A DNA stretch of 64,000 nt, from assembly GCF_006345805.1 (NCBI RefSeq), contig NC_043009.1:9238001-9302000 (forward strand). The letters run 5' to 3'. This DNA comes from Octopus sinensis. Taxonomy: Eukaryota. Of this stretch, positions 37,473 through 51,393 are shown in pieces. Made by a program: the position numbers and the translations under genes. Each line of letters opens with the position of its first letter. Position 1 is the stretch's first letter. Under the pieces are notes generated by a model. That model did no database searches. It worked only from the letters and a program-made list of their open reading frames with translations, and was not told the origin of the DNA.

Positions 37473-37508
<36 letters not shown>
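33810..37508 (+). mobile_element. RTE-clade LINE, near full length
   Basis: Starts abruptly after (TA)n; single APE+RT ORF; ~600-bp 3' UTR with duplicated blocks; (GAT)n tail ending about 37508. Confidence 0.95.
33909..36881 (+). CDS. RTE LINE ORF: APE endonuclease + reverse transcriptase + embedded PHD finger
   Basis: 990 aa without stops, and the frame is open a further 33 codons to 33810 (LRVGTLNVGTL). APE motifs QEIR, SAYAPQ, GDFNGH, SQIDY; RT motifs YRGIKL, QFGF, FVDMEKAFD, GVHQGSVLSP, YADD, FRYLG. Confidence 0.95.
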   Translation: MLERRCVDICCMQEIRWRGGSARFLTGKERRYKIFWAGNTDGVGGVGILIAEKWVDKVIEVIRVSDRILKIRLVLHHSLATIISAYAPQSGLPDGQKDRFYDTLLQTTSLTNDRDLIFVAGDFNGHVGRHAGGFHGVHGGYGYGSRNEEGTRLLEFCDANNLMICNTNFRKPTSHLVTYQSGQHTSQIDYILTRQRERWLLINAKTFPGEECTPQHRLVVSDFRIRTRRTTRRRQIWRRRIWKLKDPANGQRFRDILLEASDEVEGYRASQGVEDSWTFLRDNLLRATDQICGWCKVPSRPRITWWWNNIVDRAIREKRQAWKVWKNGGSRELYQTAKREARRQVYLARGEADKKKFANVLRREDQRLEVFRVARQCVRENRDVVGEKCVRMEDGSLALNEDAKREVWRCHYERLLNEENEWDKESLPNVDPTEGPAIRVDSSVVAKAIRSMKTGKAPGPSGITAEMLKMSGSVGYSLVTHIVNQVIHKGVIPNDWCSSIIVNCYKGKGDALDTNNYRGIKLLDQVMKVTERVIAQLIRERVSLDEMQFGFVPGKSTTDAIFLVRQLQEKYLAKDKPLYLAFVDMEKAFDRVPRSLIWWAMRKLGIDEWLVRAVRAMYRDAASRVRVGNEYSEEFWVEVGVHQGSVLSPLLFIIVFQAITEEFKTGCLWELLYADDLALIAESLSELEEKFQVWKQGLESKGLRVNLAKTKVVISRKVDKSQTPSGRWPCPICRKGVGRNSIRCTKCKLWTHKRCSNVKGRLTRKMVFVCGRCSGTINTENALRPTSVTFQGEKLEIVDSFRYLGDQVSSGGGCAESVTARVRIAWAKFRELLPLLVTKGLSHRVKGRLYDACVRTAMLHGSETWAVTAEDMRKLARNEASMLRWMCNAGTHTRQSVSTLREKLDLRSISCGVQERRLRWYGHVARMDEDSCVKKCHTLAVEGTCGRGRPRKTWDEVVKHDLRTLGLTEEMTRDRDLWKCAVREKTRQDK

Positions 37509-37663
37509 ACACACACACATACACATGTGTGTTTATGTAATATGCATGCATGTGCATCTTTGCGCTTCTCCCCTCTGCTTGACAGAGTGTGTATATGTAT
37601 GAAATACCCTCTGTATTTGTGTATATATCAATACATACATACACACATGCCTGTTTATACATA

Positions 37664-37694
<31 letters not shown>

Positions 37695-38109
37695 TACATA
37701 TACAGTGGTAGGCACAGCTAACCAAAGGTTAGCTTCAATAACCGCTAATCTGCTAACTAAAAAGTTATCTTTGCAAACGCTAAACCACTAAAAAGGTTAA
37801 AAAATATTAGTGGAATCTAATGCTAATTAATAACCACTAACTTTTATCATAGGTATTTAGTTTTGGTTTGTTTTTTTTTTATTTAAAACCCTTAGAAACA
37901 GACCTTAAAGAGCTGAAATTTTCATGCTGTAGCTTAGACGTAGATTTTCCAAAAAGGTATAGCATACCAAGATCAGGTGATAATCAAGTAGTATGGAAAT
38001 AAATGAGCAAATGAAATTAAACATTAGTTTTTCAGTCAACATACACTTTATTTGCTGAACAAAAAGTATTAAATAAATAAAAATGGCATAGTATAGCATG
38101 GGTACCATG

Positions 38110-38270
38110 CCTAGATCAGATGATGATCATGGGGTACTGCTCTGGCTGGGGCTTCTCCACTGCCTCGACATGATGCTGGTTGCCTTTCATAAAAATCAGC
38201 CTCTCAAAGTTACCATCTGACAGGGTGGCTCTCTTGGCCCTCAGAATATTTTTGCCTATTAAGAATAGGC
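38110..38270 (-). pseudogene. hAT transposase C-terminal dimerisation-domain remnant
   Basis: FLIGKNILRAKRATLSDGNFERLIFMKGNQ resembles the FSxGxxILxxKRxxLSDxNFExLxFxKxN consensus. Confidence 0.75.
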
Positions 38271-38274
38271 ACTC

Positions 38275-38960
38275 AATCTTGATCTGGTAGAGTTTCTACA
38301 GCTGGATGCCCTTCCTAACGCCAACCACCCTGAGTGTGTAGTGGCTGCTTTTATGTGCCACTGGCACGGGGGCCAGTCAGTAGGTATTGGCAACGACCTC
38401 ACTCGAATGTTTTTTCACGTGCCACCGGTAGAAGTGCCAGTAAGGTGACGCTGGTAATGATCATGCTCGAATGATGCCTTTTACATGCCACTGGCATGGA
38501 AGCCAGCTAGCTGCTCTGCCAATGATCACGCTCGGATGGTGCTCTTAACACCCCACTAGCACAGGGAACAAGTGCCAGTAAGGCGACGCTGGTAACAATC
38601 ACGCTTGAATGGTGCTTTTTACGTGCCACCTGCACGGAAGCCAGTTAGCCATTCTGTCAATGATTGTGCTCGGATGGTGCTCTTAGTGCCTCACTAGCAC
38701 GGATGCCAGTCATCGAATTTGATTTCGATTTCACTTGCCTTAATAGGTCTTCGCAAGCAGAGTTTAGTATCCAAAGAAGGAAAGGTATACATAAGTGGGC
38801 TGGTTATGCCCCTGGCATAGGCCACCAGGTTATGGTCTCATTTGGCTTGCCAGGTCTTCTCAAGCACAGCATATTTCCAAAAGTCTTGGTCACTAGTCAT
38901 TGCCTCGGTGAGGCCTTAAGTTCGAAGGTCATGCTTCACCACTTCATCCCAGGTCTTCCT
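38275..38960 (-). mobile_element. RTE 3'-tail repeat (family C), long copy
   Basis: ctacagctggatgcccttcctaacgccaaccacc..., repeated gtgccagtaagg(c/t)gacgctggtaa blocks. Confidence 0.8.
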
Positions 38961-38961
38961 G

Positions 38962-38995
<34 letters not shown>

Positions 38996-39969
38996 AATAT
39001 TGTATAATTATAAACATAATTATAATTAGGAGTCAGCTAATTGCTTCACCACATACCGAATTTAGAAATAGGAGTCAAAAATTCCTTTTCTACTACCGTA
39101 AGAATCTCCCAGACAGTAACACCCTTTTTTTACGTAAGCAAAGAGAAAAATAATGGATCAACACAACTTCGATTAGCCACATAAGTGTTTCGAGATTAAA
39201 GTATTTCATTTACTTACTTCCCATCATCAGTGTAACATTTCCATTATAAAATCATAATTATGTTTATAATTATAGAATATTTGTATAATTTTACCTATAA
39301 AGGTTATTTTAATGCACTGATCTACTTGGTAAAATTATTAATTAATTGATTGATTAATTAATTAATTAATTAATTTAATTAATTAATTTTACCCTTTTAA
39401 GGTGGCTAGCAGCAATTTAAAACCAACAAGGAAATAATTCACCATCACTATATATAAACTGACACAGAATATAATCAAGGCCTACAAAAAACAAAACAAA
39501 AATTAAAAAAAAAATAACCCCTCATCTTCATCTTCATGCAAGATGCAATGGTTCTTGTGAGCATGTGGTTTGTACAATGTTCTTCAGGTAGAAAGGAGGA
39601 AGGACATTTGATCACAGTATTTTATAACCATATTTTGTTTATAGAAATCACACAGATTGTAGTTTAACATTTGTTACTAGGCTGTTCTAAATTCATGGAA
39701 ATATTGCTTATAATTTAATGCCTTGTAATTAAATTTTTGAGAATAGTGACACCACCTTGATAGGTGATGTGTTGTGTGAGTGTGTGTCAGGGTGGGGTTA
39801 ATAATTAAGATGAGGGATGGAATGATAGTTGGTATTTGATAAAGAACTTAAGGTTCATTTATTTGATACTTCATTAAAGACTGCTGTTTTGGCTGTGCAG
39901 ACTTAATCATGAGTGAAATATATATATATATACATACATACACACACATAAACACACACACACATATGT

Positions 39970-40170
39970 GACCGCATGTGTATTGTTGGCGATTTTTTTT
40001 CCTCCGTCTTCCCTTCCTTGGATCTTTCCTTTTCCTATGTTTCTGACGAAGAGCTCTGCTCGAAACGTTAAATCCTCCTTCTTTCTTTCCTTTCCTGAGT
40101 GTCCAATAACACTATACTTGTTCCACGTCCTCGCGTTGTTGTGTTTTCTCTTTGTGTCTTCATGTTTGGA
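39970..40170 (+). mobile_element. Penelope-like element fragment with a minimal hammerhead motif
   Basis: gttt-CTGACGA-A-gagc(tct)gctc-GAAA-cgt-t-aaat at 40039-40073. Confidence 0.6.
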
Positions 40171-40173
40171 TTA

Positions 40174-40208
<35 letters not shown>

Positions 40209-40374
40209 TGTATATTATATATTATGACATTTATTTCAATTAGCTATTATACATATAATTACATGAATTAAGAAAATAATTATTAAAAAATAATTAAATA
40301 ATTATATTAAATTAAGAAAATATGAAGTACGTCATAATAATAATTTAATAATCTTGTATAAATTTGATTCTTAA

Positions 40375-41332
40375 TTATCTTGTAAGATATTCCTCCAGCT
40401 GTTTATAGCTGGCCAAGATCATCCTGCCCACAGTGCAGTGGGACATCGACATGTTGCTGGGGTTCAGCATCGTGATCTGGCCAACCAAGTTGGGAGACCC
40501 CACTACATGCAGTGGTAGCATGATGTCGACAAACGGGTCTACAATCCTTCTGTCACCATAGACTGATGGACACCAGTGCCAGCAGTTTGGACAAATGCCA
40601 CACCAGTGCTGGGCTGGCATGCATCCTTTGCACATGGTTGCAACAACTGGTTACTGGCCCTGCTGCCAGAAGATTGTCTGTCTTTCCCGCAGGAGGAGAC
40701 GGCCTTGATCCTGTCCTCAGACTGGATGGCATGCACTGGGTGTTTCCTCTTGACATGCAACTTCAAGTTGTAGAGGCTTGCCACTTGTCCCTTGATGGTG
40801 GTCTCCTTGGGCTGGTACATGATGCACTGGAAGTACAGGATTTTGACATTGCTATTATCCTTTGACATTAGGACAAAGTAGGCCTCCAGGTGGGCCACTG
40901 GTTCTGAGACTCCTGGCTCTGAACCTGAGCATCCTCTGCCTCACCCACAGCCATTGCAAACTCTCTCGTGGAAGCACCATCCAACCAAAATGCAAATATA
41001 TGGGAAACTACCACCTGTGTCATCTCTTGTGAAAGGTAGGAGAATCCAGTTTGCTGGACATTGTTGTAGAGCTGAGAACGAGGTAATTTCTACTCTCCTC
41101 TGGAAGCCATCTACTCACAATACCAGAGGGCGCACACTCTCCTACCTTCATGTAATCTCCAGGGATACAGGCATCCAACAACAGGACCTCCGTAATGCTA
41201 TGATGGACCGTGAAGTCTGGCGTAGCATAGTAAATTCCATTGTCTCAACCACGGTGGAACAATGATGATGATTGCAAACTCCTCAACAGGCCCTTCATTC
41301 TCAGGCCAAACAAAAACGTCTTCACCTTCCAT
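40375..41332 (-). pseudogene. hAT transposase N-terminus with BED-type zinc finger (frameshifted, LINE-interrupted)
   Basis: ATG at 41332 MEGEDVFVWPENEGPVEEFA|MAVGEAEDAQ..; FQCIMYQPKE...NLKLHVKRKHP (BED-like, second Cys lost); then FVDIMLPLHVVGSP. Confidence 0.75.
40964..41270 (+). mobile_element. 5'-truncated LINE 3' end with 11-bp TSD
   Basis: attgcaaactc at 40953-40963 and 41271-41281; RRIQFAGHCCRAE...AMMDREVWR; (ATG)n tail. Same family as 54845-55392. Confidence 0.9.
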
Positions 41333-41740
41333 AACAATAAGCGATAACTTGATAAGCTGATAACATACATTGTTGTTACTGACACAGTAAGACTGTCTAA
41401 AATGTGACAACGTCGTAAGTGAACACAACTCAAAACTGCAGAATTACACAGTGCTGCTCAGCTAGCAGCTGCTGCATCGACCAATCAGATCTTGTCACAT
41501 GTACACATGTAGTCAGCCAATAGTGCACCTGACGGACTTTCAGGACATGCCCACAACAGACAGGAACAAATGTAGGAATTTTGTTAGTGGACTTCAAGTT
41601 AGTAGAACTAAATTTAGCAGAAGCTAATTGGTTCGCTAATGGTTTCCAAAGTTCATGAAAATGCTAATCGGCTAAACAAAACGTTAGCTTCGCTAATTAG
41701 CTATTAGCGGATTAGCAAAACCATGCCCACCATTGTATAA

Positions 41741-41815
<75 letters not shown>

Positions 41816-41852
41816 TGTATACACACACAAACACACACACACACACACACAC

Positions 41853-41895
<43 letters not shown>

Positions 41896-42344
41896 TATAC
41901 ATATATATGTTCATGTGTGCATGTCTGCGAGTGTGTATACACACAACAACAGAGGTACACTCATAATTTTTTTTACTTCATTGTTAACATTAACATTCAT
42001 TTTCAAGATGAAGATTTATCTTTATAATTGTCAATGGAATACCAAAGAAAAAGCACTTTATAAATGTAGAGAAAATGAAACAACTAATTGTGGTACATAA
42101 ATAATTCTCAAATATTTATGCAGTTTCTATCAATGTGTGTATGTATTCTTGCCTGTTATGTTCACACATACACACACGTGTGTGTGCGTTTATATGGTGA
42201 AATTACATTCACAAACACATACATACATGCTAACATACAAATATATTTGCATTCATTTGCATACATACAGACTTTCATACATCTATGATGCACACATAAC
42301 TATTTCTAATAACTGCTAGAAAAACTAGGTCAGATACGTTAATG

Positions 42345-44420
<2,076 letters not shown>

Positions 44421-44422
44421 TA

Positions 44423-45635
44423 TTGGGTCATCCCATAAATAATGCGGTTTTTTCAATTGCCTGAACTAAAAGTCAGAAGGGGGTAGGATAAACTAACTGC
44501 ATCAACTTGCTATAGAAGCAGGTAGTAATTTTATCTTTTGCTTATTCTTAGTGCAAGTTTTGAAGAGTGCTGTTCGATTTTAACAGTTACTTTTTCAGTG
44601 CTATAATGGAAGTGACAAAGAAGCATATTTGGCATATTTTTGCTTCATGAATTCAATAAAAGCAACAACACAACAGGATGTATGAGGAATATTAATGTAG
44701 TATATGGGATCAGACAATAAGTATAAGCCAGAGTCAACTGTGGTTCCAGAAATTCTGAGCTGGAAACTACAGCCAAGAAGGCGAGCCTCATCCTGGAAGA
44801 TCTGTAGAACTCAACAAGGACGTCCTGCAAAAACTGATGCAACAAAATCCCACTATAACTGTTGAGGAACTAGCAGAGAAGCTTAGATTTGGTCATTCAA
44901 CCATTCATTGACACCTGCGTGCCATCAGAAAAATCAGCAAATTGGGTCAATGTGTTCTTCAAACTTTCCGAGTCTAATCATACACAGAGAGTGAATGTGT
45001 GCTCTTCTTTGCTGTCACCTCTCACGAATGAACCTTTTTTGGACTGAATAGTGACTGGTGACAAAAAATGGATTTTTTATAAAAATGTCAAATGCCAAAG
45101 TCAGTGAGTAGGGAAAGGAGAAACACCAACACCCCAGGCTAAAGGAGGTCTTCACCCATGTAAAGTGTTGTTATCTGTTTGGTGGGATATGAAAAGTCTA
45201 GTCCACTTTGAACTTTGAAACCCAAACCAAATGATAACAAAATGAAAGGTGCTCTTCCATCAGGATAATACTTGGCCACATACAGTGAGGATAACATTCC
45301 AAAGGCTGGAGCAGTTTGAATGGAAAACGATGCCCCACCCACCATATTCACTGGACATTGCCCCAACTGATTATCGTTTATTCCACAGTCTTCAAAATTA
45401 TTTTGATGGGAAAAAATATGAATTCTGTAGACAAGGTTAGAACAGTACAGGAGGAGAATTTTACATTGCGGAAAAGTGAATTTTGGAAGAGGGGCATTGC
45501 AAGTTTACCAGATAGATGGAAGAGCATTGTAGAAAATGAAGGAAAGTACATTTTAGATTTAAAATGAACTTCGTTTATCTTAATTTTGAAAAGTAAAATA
45601 AATATAAAATGGTGCATTATTTATGGGATGACCAA
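44423..45635 (+). mobile_element. Mariner (DD34D), near full length, defective
   Basis: TIRs ttgggtcatcccataaataatgc / gcattatttatgggatgaccaa, TA flanks; IVTGDKKW, HQDN...PHPPYSLDIAPTD (34-residue spacing); stops, frameshifts and an internal deletion. Confidence 0.92.
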
Positions 45636-46604
45636 TATATATATATACATATATATATAGAATCAACATCATCATCATCATCATTTAACGTCCATCTTTC
45701 ATGCTGTTATGTGTTAAGTGGTTCGACAGGAGGTGGCTAGGCAGAAGACTGCATCGGGTTTCACTGTCTGTTTTGACATGGTTTTTATGGCTGGATGCTC
45801 TTCCTAGCACCAACCACCTTACAGAATCGACCGAGTGCTTTCTATGTGGCACCAGCAAGATCAGTTTTGGCATGGTCTTTACAGTTGGATGCCCTTCCAA
45901 ATTCCAGTGCATATACATATACATACATACATACATATATATATATATACACATATATATATATATACATACATATATATATATATCATCATCATCATCA
46001 TCATTTAATATCTGCTTTCCATGCTAGCATGGGTTGGACGGTTCAACAGGGGTCTGGGAAGCCAGATGGCTGCATCAGGCCCAGTCTGATCTGGCAGTGT
46101 TTCTATGGCTGGATGCCCTTCCTAACGCCAACCACTCCGTGAGTGTAGTGGGTGCTTTTTACGTGCCACCTGCACAGGTGCCAGACGGAGCTGGCAAATG
46201 GCCACGGATGGATGGTGCTTTTTACGTGCCAGTGGCACGGGGGCCAAGCTATATATATATATTGATATAATGGTAAATATAAGACAACACCGAATAGATT
46301 CAAGAATATGATTTCCCTCCATAGTTTCATCTTTGTATCTTTCAGAAATAATGTACTGTTTCCAAGGCATCGTATGATGGAACTATAATGAAATAGTATT
46401 AGTGTTATACTAATACAGAGCATTGCTGTGTAGTAAAACCCCACTTTTCTATGCATTCATGGATAAGATGGAAATTATTGAAGCAGATTTTATACAGCTT
46501 GATACCCTTCCTGTCACCTGTTACCAAGCAACATAATATTTACCTATGGACAGAAATCTAAATGTGTGTGTGCATGCATGTATTTATGTGAGTATGTATA
46601 TATG

Positions 46605-47085
46605 TATGTTGTTGTTGGCATCCTTTTTGTCTCGGGAGACAATGGAGTTGTGCATAAAATAATCTAGTCTGGCCTTTACATTTCATGACCTAATACATCT
46701 CCTGCTGTGGCTGTGTAGTCCTATCCTGGACAAACTCCCTCTGGCAGGTACCGCAAATGTAGCGAAGACTTTTCCTGGCTGGTTGTAATGCCATAGTTTC
46801 TTGTTGACGTCTTTTCTTGTCTTTCCATTCCTCCTCTCTCTCTCTGTCACTCCTTTGTGTTCACTCTTTTACGGTACGTCGCCAATCTCCATGGTTGCTG
46901 GCATCTGCTTCCCAATTGCTAATATTGATGTTGCAGGCCTTCATGTCCCTTTTGCAAGCACCCTTGTAACGTAAGAATGGTCTTCCCACAGACCTAGTGC
47001 CCCTAGCAAGCTCTCCGTAGAGAGGACATCCTTGGGGATTCTGCCATCTTCAATATGGCTAACATGTCCAAGCCATCTCATACAT
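46605..47085 (-). mobile_element. RTE/BovB-type LINE 3' fragment with C-terminal zinc finger
   Basis: MRWLGHV..IEDGRIPKDVL.YGELARGTRSVGRP.LRYK and YICGTCQREF..RIGLHSHSRRC. Confidence 0.75.
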
Positions 47086-47589
47086 ATGCATGTATGTATG
47101 TATCTATGTCTCAGGCTTTGTTTTTAATAAGATTTTAGCAGGAACATTTCTTTGGTTTTTTATTTCTTATTATGAGAAAATATACTCTCCACATTACTGT
47201 AACTTATGTTCTTGTCTTCAGGACAATCCTTTCTACAGATTGTATTGGATAAAGCTTTTGGTTATGGTATCCTGTTGAAATTCTTGGAAAACTACTTATG
47301 TGAAGGCACATGGCCTTGTAATATAAGTGTTGTACTCATGATTGCAAGATTGTGGTTTCAATTTCCAGACCAGGTGGTGCATTTTGTTCTTGATCAAAAC
47401 ACTTTATCTCCCATTGTTCTGTAATCATTTTGACATCTGACGTGCAGCACACCATACACCTGTACAGGTAGTATTAAGTTGATTGAGGGAATGCGCTAAT
47501 GTACTACTTAAACATTTGGTCACTATAAGTAAATCATTTGTGCCAATGGTCCAGCAAGAATTTGCTGAAGTCATAAATAATTGATGACA

Positions 47590-48970
47590 GGAAAGTCCAT
47601 GATGTGTGTGTGTGTGTGTGTGTGTTTGTCCCCCCCCCCACCAACATCGCTTGACAACCAATGGTGTTGTGTTTATGTCCCCGTAACTTAGTGGTTCGGC
47701 AAAAGAGGCCAATAGAATAAGTACTAAGCTTACAAAGAATAAGTCCTGAGGTCGATTTGCTCGATGAAAGGTGGTGCTCCAGCATGGCCGCAGTCAAATG
47801 ACTGAAACAAGTAAAAGAGACTAAAAGAGAAAACAAGAATAATATAACACAAGAATTGGGGAAATCAGACTTTAATAGTAGATGAGCACAACATTTGTTT
47901 CAGCACCCGACACCAGCTTTAAATTGTGAGTTTATTTATATTCATATAACATTATAGAAGATCATCCTTTACTCTTTTACTTGTTTCAGTTATTTGATTG
48001 CGGCCATGCTGGAGCACTGCCTTTAGTCGAGTAAATTGACCCCCACAGGACTTATTCTTTGTAAGCCTAGTACTTATTCTATTGGTCTCTTTTGTCAAAC
48101 CGCTAAGTTATGGGGACGTAAGCACACCAGCATCAGTTGTCAAGCGATGTTGGGGGGGACAAACACAGACACACAAAAGCACACACACACACACATGCAC
48201 ACATATATACACATACTTATATATGACATGCTTCTTTCTGTTTCCATCTAACAAATCCACTCGCAAGGCTTTGGTCAGCCTGAGGCTATAGTAGAAGACA
48301 CTTGCCCAAGGTGTCACACAGTGGAACTGAACCTGGAACCATGTGGTTGGTAAGCAAGCTACTTACCACACAGCCACTCCTTCGCCTATTTGTCTATTCT
48401 ATTTATTAGAGAGATAAATATATTTATTATTGTGGAAAGTACATGAACCATCTAACTGGTCCTGCCTTAGACTATATTACAAGACCTATATCCTGGTGAA
48501 ACTGAACTTGAGACCATGTAGTTGGGAAATGAACTTCTTAACCATGTAGCCTCACATGTGATGACATTTTCGCATCCATATGATATTATTAAGTATCATT
48601 TATAATATCTCCGAATCTTGAGCAGGCCTCTATTCCATGTGTATGCTTCATCAGGCATTTGACATTAACACTCAAGATTCATAGATATAAATAATATTTA
48701 ATAATATCCTATCAATGCAAAAATATCCTCACAAATGAACATTTTGTGATGTGGAAGCAGATGCGACCATACATTAATAAAGTCAAAAGATTTCCAACCA
48801 CAAGTCGTTTTGCTTAATGCTATATTTATCCTAAGCTGTAAGGAGTTCCACATTTATAACCATCCCATAAGGTTACTCTGAAAGATGTGAATAACAAGCA
48901 GTAGCTGACAACAAGAAGTATGGCTCTTACAAGCATATTAAGAGGCATTTGTCCTAAACAAGTTAATAGG

Positions 48971-49001
<31 letters not shown>

Positions 49002-49447
49002 GTGTGTGTATATATGTATGTGTGTATATATATATATATGTGTGTGTGTATATATATATATATATACATATACAGGAGTGGCTGTGTGGTAAGTAGCTTG
49101 CTTACCAACCACATGTTTCTGGGTTCAGTCCCACTGCGTGGTACCTTGGACAAGTGTCTTCTACTATAGCCCCGGGCTGACAAAAGCCTTGTGAGTGGAT
49201 TTGGTAGACAGAAACTGAAAGAAGCCCGTCATATATATATATATATGTATGTATGTATGTGTATATGTTTGTGTGTCTGTACATGTCCCCCACAAAATCG
49301 CTTGACAACCGATGCTGGTATGTTTACATCCCTGTAACTTAGTGGTTCGGCAAAATGAGACCGATATAATAAGTACAAGGCTTACAAAGAATAAGTCCTG
49401 GGCTCGATTTGCTTGACAAATGACTGAAACAAGTAAAAGAATAAAAG
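47590..49447. mobile_element. Three family-A SINE copies (47590-47830 +, 47965-48385 -, 49074-49447 +)
   Basis: Same head and tail sequences as 3577-4024; neighbouring copies are in opposite orientation. Confidence 0.85.
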
Positions 49448-49453
49448 AATATA

Positions 49454-50314
49454 CAGGGTGCGATGAGTAAATTGTCCCCATTTTATATTTTTAATTTCAA
49501 ACATGTAATATCATTTGTTTTTGATTTTGTTGCTTACACAGTATTGTAGGGTCAGTTGGGCACTGCCAGCAAGAAAAAACTGCACCATGATGTAATTCAT
49601 TCAGCCAAAAATTTGGAAATGACATGCTGTAACTGCTTGGCATTCATGCTGGAAGCTTCAATACGAACATTTCAATGTTTGGGTATCAATCAGAGGACAT
49701 GTACTGAGAGTGATAACAATCAAGCATCCAGTCAACATCATGGTGTTTGGAGTGATAACTTGTGATGGAGACGTTATGCCTCCATTCATCTTTCCAGATA
49801 GAGGCCTACATCAAATGCCTGGAGGAGGTAGTGCTGCCCTTGGTCAAGAGGGCGGCTGCTGGAGAACCCTATGTCTGGCAACAGGACTCTGCACCATGTC
49901 ACATAAGCAGGAGAACCCAGTCATGGCTGTCAGACAATTTCTGTGACCACATCACCCCTAACATCTGGCCACCTCACCTCCCCCCAACTGCAACCCCTTG
50001 ATTACTATGTGTGGGGTGCAGTTGAGTGAGAGACCAACAAAACTCCTTGTAACACCAAAGATGAATTGAAGGCAAGGATTATGGCAGCATTCACCAACTT
50101 AAACAAGGAGACCATCCAGAAGAGTTGCAGGAGATTCCAAAGTCGTCATCTGGAGGCTGTGCTTGAAGCCAATGGCGATTTTTTTGAATAAATTTACTCT
50201 TTTGTATTCCAAGATATTTTTATGCAATTTTGGTAAATATATCTGTTAAAATGAGATGTCAGTGATATTTTCATTTTTGCATAATTTAGACGACAATTTA
50301 TTCACAGCACCCTG
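49454..50314 (+). mobile_element. maT/DD37D-like deletion derivative, second copy
   Basis: TIRs cagggtgcgatgagtaaattgtc / gacaatttattcacagcaccctg; collinear with 20618-21510. Confidence 0.88.
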
Positions 50315-50513
50315 TGTATGTATATAAAGAATACGAGTGGATTTTAAAGACTCACAACAGCTGCTTCAGCAGTATTTCTTTATTGATGAATAGATCAATT
50401 ACATCGATTACATCATGAAAAAATCTGCTTTCCTCAGGTGAATTTAAACTTAGATAGGAGAAGATTCTGAGCAAACCTGCTTTGTTTTGCAACACCCAAT
50501 TATATATGTATTA

Positions 50514-50558
<45 letters not shown>

Positions 50559-51209
50559 GTATATCTGCATATACACACAAACTCATGCATATATATATAT
50601 ATATATATCATCATCATCATCATCGTCGTTTAACGTCCGTTCTCCATGCTAGCATGGGTTGGACGGTTCGACCGGGGTTCTGGGAAGCCAGAAGGCTGCA
50701 CCAGGCTCCAGTCTAATTTGGCAATGTTTCTACAGCTGGATGCCCTTCCTAACGCCAACCACTCCGTGAGTGTAGTGGGTGCTTTATATATATATATATA
50801 TATATATATGAGGTACAAACATCGCTATGGGCTTTAAAGTATATATTGCAAATAGAGAAATAGAGTATGTAGCACCTTGGGCAAGATTTTTTTTGCTATA
50901 GCCTCAGGTTGGCCAATAACTTGTGAGTGAAACGTTATAGAGTGAAAATTATACAGGGGCCTAGAAAACATATGCACACACATACACACACATGTATACA
51001 TGTGTGTGTGTGCATGCACACATGTGTATGCATGCATTTATGTATATATTCATAAATACATATTTATACTTATAGAAGGTAATGTAATTTCTTCTACTTC
51101 TTTCATCTCTATGAACACATCTTGCAGCTTTACACATAGATACATGCATTCATAAATAAGAAATGCCTATATAATATGGTATATATGTAATCATACATAC
51201 ATACATACA

Positions 51210-51240
<31 letters not shown>

Positions 51241-51292
51241 TTTTTAATATGCATGTGTGTATGAATGTAATGCTTATGTTTGTGTGAGAAGA

Positions 51293-51332
<40 letters not shown>

Positions 51333-51333
51333 G

Positions 51334-51393
<60 letters not shown>

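Larger units (their letters stand above)
37703..41735 (-). mobile_element. hAT DNA transposon, internally deleted with nested inserts
   Basis: TIRs cagtggtaggca / tgcccaccattg (10/12), 8-bp TSD tacatata / tataaata (6/8), subterminal gctaa repeats at both ends, transposase fragments on the minus strand. Confidence 0.85.

Noticed and set aside
39170-39235. CUGAUGA...GAAAC motif on the minus strand
   Set aside because: No U-H cleavage site after stem III and no stem I complement.
48625-48657. Hammerhead-like CUGAUGA-A-GCAU motif on the minus strand
   Set aside because: Stem II lacks its closing base, GAAA reads GAAU and stem I does not pair; at most a decayed Penelope-like remnant.
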